DNA of 64,000 nt from Zygnema circumcarinatum SAG 698-1b (taxonomy: Eukaryota; Plantae; Zygnematophyceae): the NCBI GenBank assembly GCA_037447605.1, contig CM074819.1:1448297-1512296 (forward strand). The letters run 5' to 3'. The notes beneath the pieces are model-generated. The model was not told the DNA's origin. It worked only from the letters and a program-made list of their open reading frames with translations, and searched no databases. The translations under genes were made by a program, and so were the position numbers. Shown here one piece after another: positions 48,890-60,089 of the stretch; positions within the stretch are counted from its first letter, which is position 1, and each line of letters begins with the position of its first letter.

Positions 48890-51187
48890 CGCTCTCTCGC
48901 CCTCTCTTCCTGCCTCTCGCTCTCTCTCACACGCACACCTCCCTCTCCCCCTCTCTCTTTGTCCCTCTCTCTCTCCACACACACTCCCCCCTCTCTCTCT
49001 GTGTCCCTCTCACCCACACGCACAGCCCCTACCTCTATTCCTCTCTGTCCTCCAACACGCACACTTCTCTCTCGCACACACCCCTCTCCCCTCTCTCTCA
49101 GTTCCCCGCTCACATCTCTCCCTCTCTCTCCCCCTATCTCTCACATGCATCTCTATCTATCTATCTCTCATCTCTCTCATCTCTCTCATCTCGTTGTCTG
49201 CCTGTCTCTCTCTCTCCCTATGCCTACCCTCTCTCTCTCTCTCGAAAAAAAGGGATGTTTTCACCTCCATATCCTGCTCAAGTTTTGAGACAAGCATGTC
49301 CGGATTAGGGCGAAATTTGAGCGTCTCCTCCTCGGGCCTGCCCGCTCCCTCCCCTCCCTCCGCCTCTCTCTCCGCCTTCGCCGCTTTCAGAAGCTTCTCG
49401 ATCTGATACTGCAGCTTCTTGTCAATGGGCCGAATCTGAACTCCTCCAAAACAAAAAGAAAACAAGGTAAGCCTATGTGTGATCATTTGCAATTCCGCCA
49501 TAAATAATTTTCCCCTCAGAAAACCCAAAAACAAAGAAGGAAAGAAACACAAAAAGAAGTGAGATTAAGAGCCTCTGGCACCTATCCTCTTCCCACTAAC
49601 ACCTCCCCCTCCCCTCCCTCCCTCCTCCTCCCTCCCTCCCTCCTCCTCCCTCCCTCCCTCCCTCCCTCCCTCCCTCCCTCCCTCCCCCTCCCCCCCTCCC
49701 CTCCCTCCCTCCCCCTCCCCCTCCCCTCCCTCCCTCCCCCTCCCCCTCCCCCTCCCCCTCCCCCTCCCCTCCCCTCCCCCTCCCCCTCCCCCTCCCCCTC
49801 CCCCTCCCCCTCCCCCTCCCTCCTCCCCCTCCCTCCCTCCCCCTCTCCCACCTTCTCGATGCAGAGTCGCAGTTCGAGCAGGCGTTTGACTACGGGGTGG
49901 TCCCTCACCGCGCGGCCCTCCGCCCTGAGGAGGAGGTAGAAGGCGAGCGCGGCGCAGTACGCCCACAGCGCGCCCGCCTTCGCCTGCAAGTAACTCACGC
50001 CGCCCGCACTGGCAGAGGTGGTTTTGACCACCTGGGGAGGGAGGGAGGGAGGGAGGAGAGGGGGAGGGAGGAGGGAGGGAGGGGGAGGGAGTGGGGGAGG
50101 GAGGGAGGGAGGGAGGGAGGGGAGGGGGGGAGGGAGGGGGAGGGGGGAGGGAGGGAGGAGGGAGGGAGGGAGGGAGGGAGGAGGGAGGGAGGGAGGGAGG
50201 GAGGGAGGGAGGGAGGGAGGAGGGAGGGAGGAGGGAGGGAGGAGGGAGGGAGGGAGAGAGGGAGGGAGGGAGGGAGGGAGGGAGGGAGGGAGGGAGGGAG
50301 GGAGGGAGGGAGGAGGAGGGAGGGAGGGAGGGAGGGAGGAGGAGGGAGGAGGGAGGAAGGGAGGGGAGGAGGAGGGAGGAGGGAGGGAGGAGGGAGAGGG
50401 AGAGAGGGAGAGAGGGGGAGAGGAAGGAGGGAGAGAGGGAGAGAGAGGGAGAGGGAGAGAGAGGGGAGAGAGAGGGAGAGAGGGAGGGAGGGGAAGGAGG
50501 GAGAGAGAGGGGAGAGAGAGGGGGAGGGGAAGGAGGGAGAGAGAGGGGAGAGAGAGAGGGGGAGGGAAGGAGGGAGAGAGGGAGAGAGGGGGAGGGGAAG
50601 GAGGGAGAGAGGGGAGAGAGGGAGGGAGGGGAAGGAGGGAGGGAGGGAGAGCGAGGAGAGAGGGAGGGAGGGGAAGGAGGGGAAGGAGGGGAGGGAGGGA
50701 GGGAGGGTAGAAAAGGGGGGGAGAGAGGAGAGGGAGGGAGGGAGGGGAGGGGGGAGGGGAGGGAAGGTGGGGAGAGACAGAGGTTGTAGGGTTCTTTAGT
50801 GCACGCAATGCCATCCAACGGTTGTACGCTGCCACGTGGCCTGTACCTCCTAGACTTATACCTCAAATCAGTAGCAGCACTGCGGAGCATGCTGAATATG
50901 AGACTTGAAAAACATTTGCTTCTAAATTTGAGTCTGGTTTTTTACTTTTCAGTATGTTTTCACAGGCCGGGTCAGTCGTTGGACAAGTGGTTAATACTTG
51001 AGTAACACTTGATAAAGTTAACGCTAATAAAGTCAAAGATCGTAAACGCAGAGGTTTCATAGCCTTGTAAAGTTACAGCACCATGGTTTACACAGTTGAA
51101 AAAAATACAGATTGCACATGCATGCAGCATGTATGGTATACATAGTATGTTTTTTTTTTCTTTTTGCATTCCTCTGCCTCTCTGTCC

Positions 51188-51228
<41 letters not shown>

Positions 51229-54200
51229 CCTATATTTAATATGCATAGCATGCTATGCATCAACTTTTGCATTTTGTATTAAGTTTAATATGGTTGAACA
51301 TACCTGGGCCAAAAGGGGCTCCATTTTGGTCTTAATTTCATGCAGACTGTTCCTCAAATCGTCCAACAATCCCACCAGTTCCGGGGCTTCACTGTCACCA
51401 CCTCGTAAATTAAGAGAATCAAGGAAATCACCATAGTGAGAAACTGAATTGGTCAAAAAGACACTTGGAAAGAGAGACAGGGAGAGAGAAAGGAGAAAGA
51501 GTGAGAGAGAGGGAGAGAGAGAGCTAACTCGCTAACGAAAAACAAGAAGGCGAAAAATACAATCACATTAAGCCCCAGCATAATTCCAAGTCCGGTGGGA
51601 ATAAAAGAAAACTTTTTACCTCATCACAACAGCCATTTGTTCTTCTGCTGAAAGCGCTCCCAAATCCTTCTTCACTTCCTCCACAGTCATCTCCTCTCCC
51701 TCTCCCTCTTTCTCCTCTCCCTCCCTCCCTCTTCCTCTATGCTTCGCCTCCCTTTCTCCTACTTTCCCTTTCTTCACTTTCACAGTTTCCTTCTTTCCCT
51801 CCTGTTTCTCTAGCTCCTCCTGCATAAAGTCACACAGATAAAGTGAACTGGATGGGAATCAAGAAAACCGAAGGACAGCATTCAAGAATTATACTTTAAC
51901 GGTTTACTTTATCGAGGTCTTAAAGTTCCCAACGTTCAGGGTTTTAGAGTCCTTGGAGTAACCCCCGGGCTTAAACATTTTAAAAAACAAAAACTCACCA
52001 GCATGGTCGTATCACCATCTTCCTCTTCCTCCCCCTCTCCCTCCTCCTCCTCCTCCTCCTCCTCCTCGTCTCCCTCCTCTCCCTCTCCCTCCTCCTGCTC
52101 GTAGTCCTCCGCCTTCAAAGTTGTGGCTATCTTTTTCTGCAATCGCAGAACCTCCTTCTCCTCCTCCAAAGGAGCCTCTTCATCATCCGATTGAAGCTGC
52201 AACGATATAAAATAAATACATTAAAACAGAAACAAAAATTAATGGAAAGAAAAAGTATGTACATTTTAAAAGCTCTTGACTGTCTGAGATTCAAACATCG
52301 ACTTCAGCTAAAAGGAGCCTTTTAGGGTTTTTTGGGTTTATAGGGTTTTTAGGGTTTTTAGGGTTGAACCGTGGATCCCAGAAAGTACCATTGACCTCAG
52401 GACAGTGAATTCGACATTTTTTTTGGTACCCATATCAGGATTCTGACTTCAGCGATTTCACATTATTGGGCCCGTAAGGTATCTTGAGTTGTGGTAAAAA
52501 TCTTGCAAGCCTTTGCAAGAGAGAGAGAAGGAGAGCGCGAGAGTTGGGGGCAGAGAGGGGAAGAGAGAGAAGGAAACCCTAAAATCACCTCGAAGTCGGT
52601 GTTGTCGGCGTTATAGTAAGTCTTCTTCTTCTTCCCCCACACATTCTTATGCTCCTCCTCTCCCTCTTCTCCCTCCTCTCGCTCTCCATCCTCCTCCTCC
52701 TCCTCCGCCCCTCCGGATTTTCTCCGCAAATACTTGGCCTGCTTTGCCACTAAAGGGTGCTCCCCAATTTTCACCCACCCAACATTAACAAAAAAAGCTA
52801 ATTAGTTTCCCAAAACACAACCCTTTTGTTCCACTACCCCCCGCCTCTCCCTCTCCCCTTTCTTTTTCTTTTGTTTATCCTTTGTTGAATCTTAATCTGT
52901 ATCATGCTCAACCCCCCAAAAGCCCAGAACTTCTGAACCCTAGATTGGATGGTTTTTATAAAATATACCATACAATAACGTAGTGGAAAGGGAGAGAGAA
53001 AAGGCTACTTACACTTGGCAGCGAGTCCAGTTAACTCTTCCTCCTCCTCCTCCTCCTCTCCGCTGCTCTCTTCACCTCCCTGTGCTCCAAAAAAAGAGGG
53101 GAAGGGGCAAAGAATGAGGAAAATAACCATAAACTCAGGAAGCATCACTCTCCACCTAAAGCAAGGGTAGAGAGAGAAGGAGAGAGACAGAGGGGGGGGA
53201 GGAGAAAGGGAGAGAGGGAGGGGAGGTCGAAAGCTGGAGTGGAGACGGGAAAGCGAGTGGGTTGGAAAAAGAAAACGGGCGAGGGCGGAAGAGAGGGACA
53301 AAGAATGGAGAAGGAGAAGAGAGAGAAGAGAGCAAGAGAGCAAGAGAGAGGAGGAGACTGACAGAGAAGGGAGGAAGAGATTTAATTTTCTCTCACATTC
53401 AAAGCGAAGACTTCTTGATCTTCGGGGTCCGAATTGGCGGAATCGTCTGCAAAGGGCGAAGCACGCAACAGGGTAAAGATTAAAAAATTAAATTAAATTA
53501 AAATGGAAATCGACACAAAAGTCTAGGGTCAAAAGACAGTTCAAGTGTCGTGGATCCAAATTGAATCTAAGTTTGAAACATTGTATAAGGATTTATTAGA
53601 AACGTATGGAAATTCTAAGACAAAAATAGAATAATTAATTGGAAGGAAAGAATAGTTTGGGAGAGAATAGGCGTCTTCAAAATATTCTTTCATGTGCTTT
53701 GCTTGAAAAGGAAGAGTCGTAGGTTTGATATAACATCACGTCCCTCTCCCCCCCGCTCCTCACCCCTCCGTCCCCCTCCCTCTCACTTCCGCCCCCTACC
53801 TCTCCCTCTCCTTCTCCCTCTCTCCCATTTCCTCTCTCTCCCTCTCTCTCCCCCTCCCTCCCCCACTCCCCTTCCCCCTTCTGTCTTCTCTTCCTCACCC
53901 TCTCCTTTTCCCCCGTCCCTCTCTCTCCCTCCTCTCTCCCTCCTCCCTCTCCCTCTCTCGCCGTCTCCCTCGCCCTCCCTCTCTCCTCCCTCTCCCTCAC
54001 CTTGCCCCTACCTCCTTCTCCCACTCCTTCTCACTTCCTGTTACCCCTTCCCTCTCCATCCTACTAGTTCGCAACAATTTTAGGGTCACTAAAACAGTTT
54101 CGCAACCAGCCTCCACCCAATGTGAAGCGCTTGAAATAAAACTGTGGAGAGATACTCTCAGCTTCGAATATCAGGCTTCAAAAAGTCACTAAAAAACGAA

Positions 54201-54656
54201 CATGTAAACCTAAAATTGAAGTTTAAGTTAAAAAATGGAATTTGAATAGTGAAAAGATCGAACTAATTGAGGTTGATTGCAGTCAAAACATCGTCCTTTT
54301 ATTTTTTAGTGATTCTTTTAAGCGCACCTCCATCCGCGTCAGAATCCAAAGCGATTCGGTCTCGCGTCTTGTGAACTGCTTCCACCCAAATGCGTAAATG
54401 TTCAAATTTAAAGAAATAAAGAAAAGGGAACTCGAAATTATTCAAACCTTTACGGCCCCACGATCCCTAAAGTGCCAGAAAACCCAGAAATCATAATGCT
54501 GGAATAGAAAATCGAGCAATTGGTTTGCTTGGCAGAGAGCGGAGCTGACGCACATGCATCCACTTCGTCCTCAAAGTCCTCCGCCCTAAAAGTCCCGCCT
54601 CTCGCGCTGCTTGAGCCCCTCCCAGCGGGCGCCGCAGACCTTCCCCTCCTCCCCAT
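46015..54656 (-). CDS. UTP3: Sas10/Utp3 (THAL-like) SSU-processome protein with a neuroguidin/Lcp5-type middle; about 14 exons
   Basis: N-terminus: DEVDAFHKTRDRI, VAKQAKYLRRK, WGKKKKTYYNADN, EEEKEVLRLQK, EVKKDLGALSAEEQM. Sas10/C1D domain: APELVGLLDDL...SYLQAK...FYLLLRAEGRAVRDHPVVKRLLELR. Sas10 C-terminus: GDADLPLREPIGERRR, EDEFYRE, DGKRSISYE, KNRGLTPHRNKAIKNPRKKYK, RRKGQV...YGGQATGIKAGLSRSVRF*. Confidence 0.92.
49600..50775. repeat. Long CT-rich (49600-49850) and GA-rich (50035-50775) low-complexity tracts in Sas10 introns
   Basis: Nearly pure pyrimidine and pure purine tracts, the source of the spurious P/S/L and G/R/E ORFs. Similar tracts lie at about 430-660, 3400-3900, 28330-28780, 32550-32870, 46240-46560 and 57150-57500. 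Confidence 0.95.
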
Positions 54657-55197
54657 CTGCTCTCGCTCTCTCTCTCTCCTTTCCTCACTCTCTCACTCTT
54701 CCTCACTCTTCTCCTTCCCTCTCTTTCTCCCGCTCTCCCTCTCTCCCTCCCCCTCTCTCTCTCCCTCTCTCTCTCTTTCTCTCCCTCTCTCACCCTCTCT
54801 CTCTCTTTCTCCCTCCCCACTCTCTCTCCCTCTCCCTCCCTCACTCTCCCTCTCTCTCGCTCCCTCCCCACTCTCCCCCTCGCTCTCCGCCCCTCGCTGC
54901 TCCGAGAACGTACAGCTGTCGGTGCCTGCTTTTGAGTTCAAGGGTTGAGAGGCGCTCAGGTTCTCTGTTCTCAAAGTTCCAAAAATGTCACGTCGCAGTT
55001 ACAGTTACAGTTTTGTTCAGTTGTTCCTTGAGTTTGTTAAGCGTTCCTCAACGGTAGTTTTTCACGCTCAACAAAACTCAAGCGTTACGACTGTTCTATG
55101 TTGTGCCTCGAGCCAATCAGAGAACGTATTTACACGTGTAATGAGGTTGAACTCGATTCCACACAATCTCGTCCACGTCGAAAAAAGTTCAACATTT

Positions 55198-55409
55198 GCC
55201 ACGTGGCTCAGTTTAATTGCAGATTCAACCATTAGGATCAACTGGCAACTCGCCGACTAGCGAGGTCGTCCTTTGTGCCAATAACAGCCGTCCGATCTCG
55301 AAATCCTTGGCAATCGGACGGCTGCGAACGAGCGATGTTGCCCATAGAGCAGGCGGAGCCCCGCTCTTTGGCCCTCTTTCTGCTGCGACGAACTTCCTCA
55401 GGCGCAGGT
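55198..55409 (+). promoter_or_regulatory. RPS12 promoter and first non-coding exon (G-box, TOP-like pyrimidine tract)
   Basis: GCCACGTGGC at 55198. CTCTTTGGCCCTCTTTCTG near 55365 is followed by a CAG|GTGAG donor near 55409. Confidence 0.45.
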
Positions 55410-56141
55410 GAGGAGGGAGCCGCCATGGATGCTGAACCCGGGGGGAGGGGGGGGGGGGGGGGGNNNNNNNNNNGGCTGCAGAGGGAGAGAGAGAGAGAGA
55501 GTAGAGAGAGAGGAGAGGGATGGGAGAAAGGGGGGAGAGAGGAGCGAGAGAGAGAGAGGGATTGTCAGAAGAGAGAAGGGGGAGAGAGAGAGGCGAGAGG
55601 AGAGAGTTAGACAGAGAGATTGAAGGAAGAGAGAGGGGAGGGAGCGGGAGTGGCTGGCAAAGCTGACAAATGGGGGAATGAGGGGGAGAGTGGCGGAGGT
55701 GAGAGAAGAGGGAGAGGACGGGGAGAGGGAGAGGAGAGTGGCAGAGGGAGGGTGAGGTACATGAGCTCATGGTTTGGAGGGAAGTTTGTGGGTGGGCGAG
55801 AGGGAGGTGCAGGTGAGGACTCGAGGACGTCCTTGACAAGGTGAGTGACAGGGTTTAAGGTTCAGAATTTGGGAGGGAGACTGCTTTTCGTATTATCTTA
55901 ACAAAGGAGGGCCTGAAACGCTTCACTCTGTGGAGAGCTAAGCTAAAGTAGCAGGAATTTGCTGAAATTGTTCTCAAAATTCGAAGTTGATTTACGACCT
56001 TTTTTATTTGGAGTCACTAGTCTGACTGCGATCCTAGTGCATAGAGCTGTTTTTTCTTTACTTTTGTGATTTGCTTATTTTATATGCGTGGGGGGTGGGT
56101 GATCTGATTGGCAGAGAGGCAGTCGAACGCTGCTGAGGACC

Positions 56142-58596
56142 ATGTCGGACGGGTACGGACCGCCCCCGCTCTGACCCTACCGCTCATTGCCTGTTGCATT
56201 ATGGTATCAGTTTATCATCGAGAGACAGAGAGAGATGCAGAGAGAGGGAGGTGAGGGAGGGAGACAGAGGTGGGAGGGCGAAGGGAGAGGGAGTGAGAGA
56301 GGAGGAGGAGAGGAGGGAGTACGAGAGTGGGAGAAGGAGGGGATAGGCAGAGATAGAGAGGGGGAGGAAGGGAAATGGGGGAGGGAGACGGAGGTGGGAG
56401 AGACGGGAAAGCGAGAGAGCGGGGGGGGGGGGAAGAGGTCAGAGAGTGAGCTTTCTCTCCAAATTGGTTCGAGGGAGTTATGTTTCATGTCGGGATTTTT
56501 ACCGAAAACTAAAACTTTCAAAATTGGAGCAATGATTCTGCTCTTGTCTAGTTCCCACAATTTATCACAAGCTCGTCCTCTACACCCCTTTTTCAAAGCA
56601 CTTTCCCTTATTATGTACCTCTTGGGGAGTATCCCTGTTTCAGTTAATTACATGTACTTGATAATCTTCGTCACTCACAGTTTGTTGAATAACCTGTCGT
56701 TTCACATTCAGAAAGACCGAACACTATCGCCTCAACATCATCTGCCATCTGCACACCCTCTGATACCTCCAATTAACCCCATCGTCCCAATCAGTCAATC
56801 AATCCCATCCACTCAATCAAACCACCTAACCTTACCTCAAATCCCTCTACAGAGACGAACCTGTTGCCGATGTCCCCGCCGCCGAGCCTGCGGCCGGGGA
56901 GCCGATGGACACCATGACCGCGCTGCAGGTGGTGCTGAAGAAGGCGTTGGCCCACGACGGGTTGGCCCGCGGCCTGCACGAGGCGGCGAAGGCGATCGAG
57001 AAGCACCGCGCGCAGCTCTGCGTGGTGGCGCAGGACTGCAACCAGCCCGACTACACGCGCCTCGTGGAGGCGCTCTGCGACGAACACAATGTCAACCTCA
57101 TCCACGTGCCCGCGGCGAAGAAGCTCGGGGAATGGGCAGGGGTGAGTTGGGGGGGGCGGGGGGAGGGGAGGGTTGAGGATGGGGGAATAGAGGTCGGGAG
57201 AGGGGGCGGGGGNNNNNNNNNNTGGAAGAGGAAGGGAGGGGAGTGGGCAGGGGTGATTTGGTGGAGGGGGAGGAGGATGAGGGGGTTGGGTATGTGAGGG
57301 GGGAAAGAGGAAGGGAGGGGAGGGGGTGGGGTGGGGTAAATAAAGAAATGGAGGTAAGGGGGAACGAGAGTAAGGCAGGAGGGAGGGAAGGGAGAGGGTG
57401 GGGGGAGAGGTGGAGTGGAGAGGGGGGGAGGGTGGGGAAGGGTGGAGAGGGGAGATGCGGGAACGAGAGGAAGGGAGAAGGGGGGAGGGTGGAGAGGGGA
57501 GGTGGAAGGTGAGAGGAGAGGTAAGGTGGAGAAGTTGTGGGTTGGGAACCGGGGAATGAGAGTTGAGGGTGAGGCAGAGAAGAGGGCGAAGGGAATAGGG
57601 AACATGGGAAAAAGGAAACATGGGTGGTGGGGAGAAGAGGTGTGTGACGGTGGGAGGGGCAGGGAGGAGGCTACCGAGCGGGGGTTTGGTTGTGGCGGGG
57701 AGAGAGTTGTTTGAAGAGGGTTGGTTAGGGATGCGTGGGTAGAGCATATTTCGTGGGGTTAGGAAAGGTTTAAGAGATAGCACGGGGAACAGTGCGGGCA
57801 TTCGGGAGGATTGAGGAGGGAGAGACCCTGAGGAGTGGGACAGGCAAGGATGGGAGGACTGTATGCTGAGTTAAGGCTGAGGTCTCATGTTTTTTTCAGA
57901 AAGGAGTTGCATAGCGGTTCTTGTTGGAAAACTGGACAGTGCATCTTGTCCAGAAAGCTGTTTGCTTGTATCTGAATCAGTGGTTTTTGGCCCTGTATTG
58001 GTTTTTCATGATTTAGAAAGTTTAGGATTTGCTGACATTGATATGAGTAAGACAAAGCTTTGTTGAACGTTTAGTATGGGTTTTCTCTGCCTTGATTACA
58101 GCTCTGCAAAATTGACTCGGAGGGAACTGCTCGGAAGGTTGTCGGCTGCTCCTGCGTGGTGGTGAAGGTGAATTCACAAATTCCTTTACTTTAAGTACAA
58201 TTTCATTATGAAGTTTTTAAGTGAGAGGATGGCGTATTCCTTATGAGAGGATGGCGTATTCCTTATGCCCATTGAGCCATCGGTTGGGACTGGATGTGGG
58301 GAGGGATAGGTGGGAGGTTCGTCTTTCTCTTTCCATTTTCTCAATTCCTCCCCTCTCTCCCTCTGCCCTTTGATAGTGGGAGGGAGAGAAAGAGGAGCAG
58401 CGTGAGAGAGAGTGAGGAGAGGACAGGAGGGAGCGAGGGGCTAAGTGAGGAAGGATAAGCTAGTGTGACGATTATTATTTTGACTCATTGGATCTTTTTT
58501 TTTCCCTTCCGCTTTTGCTGTTCTGTCCTCGTGCAGGATTACGGTGAAGAGACGGAGGCCCTGAACGTGCTTAATCAGTACTTGAAGTCAAAGTAG
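56142..58596 (+). CDS. RPS12: 40S ribosomal protein S12 (eS12), 4 coding exons
   Basis: MSDG / DEPV...[35 protein letters not shown]...[14 protein letters not shown]...LGEWAG / [22 protein letters not shown] / [23 protein letters not shown] introns, phases consistent. Confidence 0.97.
58222..58265. repeat. Perfect 22-bp tandem duplication in an RPS12 intron
   Basis: TGAGAGGATGGCGTATTCCTTA occurs twice in tandem. Confidence 0.9.
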
Positions 58597-58919
58597 AGCC
58601 AATTTTGTGCAAATATCCCTGTTCGCACTTGAGTCAAAGTCGGCTTTTAAATTGGTTTCTGTAACGATGAACAGCCTTTGAAGTTAAAGCACACGAAGCA
58701 CGCCTCCGTTCATTCTATTCCTTTTGCTTTCCTTTTTTGTTGATGGGTTCATCCCCTTCTTTTTGGGAAGCTTATGAAACTCGATGCATACATATTAAAT
58801 CCAAGGAAAAAAAACTCCAAGCGGGGCCATCCGAAAACATTAAATGTGAATTATGCGAAAAGGTAAATAAAGATTTATTCACAGGAGGCACGTGATAAGT
58901 TCCTACCCAGCTTACCCCC

Positions 58920-60089
58920 TCAAAGCTGGTGGTAAAGCTCCAACAAAGATGGCACAAGCCTCCCAGAGAACTGGTGGCTCAGTTCTGTCATAGACTCTTC
59001 ACTGAACTGCTTCCACATGTCCTGCCGTTCAGCCAACGGCAACTGCTCTTCCATGGTTCCGTTTTTTAGGTTTACCCACACCATCTTTTTGCCTGTATGG
59101 TACACCCAAATGTTCACAAGTCTCTCCATAATGAAGCACCAGCACAAGCTTGCATCGTGCGAGCCCTTCTTTTTAAAAGACAAAGGGCACCTATCTACGT
59201 CGTCGTGAAGATTAAAACTCGCCTCCAGAACAACAAAAAACATGCGTGCAAAGGACATGAATTTTTCGAAAGTGTCTCTGTGCATGGCCCAGTAGGAACA
59301 GAGGGAGTAGCCCCGCGCATTGGGAGGGAGAGGAGGAAGCTCAAATGGGTCGTCCTCTCTCACAACAATCTCCTCTTGATTCAGAACTTCGCTCGTCAAA
59401 AACAGTCGATTGAAGGCCACAGAGAACACCTGCTTGCAAGTGTGGTGGATGCTCTGACAAGACTCATACATATCCGTTGTATTCCATGTCGCCCAATAGT
59501 AAAAAACGTCCTTGTCGACCATCTTGGAAGCCTCCACCCGTTGTAAATGAGAAACAAAAGTTTTCAGAGCCTTTGAAGATAGAGCCAACTTCTTCCTCCA
59601 CGCCTTCCAGCTTTGGAATCCCACCCATGGAACTGCCTTTTGAAGCTCAGACAAATGCTGAGAAACTGCAAACATGGCTCCGTATTCGCATAGCTGCTTT
59701 TGATAGACGGAGTCAAGCAAGAGAGGGAGGAGAGCAGGCGCACTCAGATCCTTTGAATTGGGTCGAGTAAGACCAGGATTGACGCACATCCCGTGATAAG
59801 GAGGGCTGTTATGAAGAATCTTCCACGCAGCCTTGTTATAATAGAGCTCATACAGAGTAAAAACTTCCGTCGTTGAAGGCAGAGCTTGAAGCTTTGAACT
59901 CTCCCAAAGGTTGATTTCCGAAATGCTGAGTTGTTCGGTCAAGCCCAGTGCCAACACCACTGTGACAACAACCCCTAAAACGATATAGGCAATGCGACTT
60001 CTAAAGGATATGTGAAATAATGAAGGAGCGATGGTGTAAAGTAGGGCTCCGAAGCCGCCCGAGCGACCGGGACTCTCCCCCCCCCCCAT
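58920..60089 (-). CDS. Type II membrane protein, homologue of the C-terminal half of BUP/At5g04480-At4g01210 glycosyltransferase-family proteins; uninterrupted CDS
   Basis: TM segment IAYIVLGVVVTVVLALGL. Motifs LYELYY..AAW.ILH..PPYHG, PWVGFQSW, LPPLP, SYWAM...F..F..FARMF and CWCFIMERLVNIWVYHTGKKMVWVN..NGTMEEQLPL..R track the recalled BUP C-terminus (PWIGFQSW, LPPMP, FVMFSRMF, CYCRVLELLVNVWAYHSGRKMVYINP..G.LEEQHPL). An acceptor just before the ATG implies a 5'-UTR intron. Confidence 0.85.
   Translation of the reverse strand: MGGGESPGRSGGFGALLYTIAPSLFHISFRSRIAYIVLGVVVTVVLALGLTEQLSISEINLWESSKLQALPSTTEVFTLYELYYNKAAWKILHNSPPYHGMCVNPGLTRPNSKDLSAPALLPLLLDSVYQKQLCEYGAMFAVSQHLSELQKAVPWVGFQSWKAWRKKLALSSKALKTFVSHLQRVEASKMVDKDVFYYWATWNTTDMYESCQSIHHTCKQVFSVAFNRLFLTSEVLNQEEIVVREDDPFELPPLPPNARGYSLCSYWAMHRDTFEKFMSFARMFFVVLEASFNLHDDVDRCPLSFKKKGSHDASLCWCFIMERLVNIWVYHTGKKMVWVNLKNGTMEEQLPLAERQDMWKQFSEESMTELSHQFSGRLVPSLLELYHQL

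Larger units (their letters stand above)
593..57222. other. Seven 10-N assembly gaps (593, 3132, 3837, 23764, 46485, 55464, 57213)
   Basis: Runs of exactly 10 N, almost all in low-complexity tracts, so the true gap lengths are unknown. Confidence 1.

Noticed and set aside
18393-58538. Intronic box C/D snoRNAs in RPS5 or RPS12 introns
   Set aside because: I found no convincing RTGATGA...CTGA pair with terminal stems.
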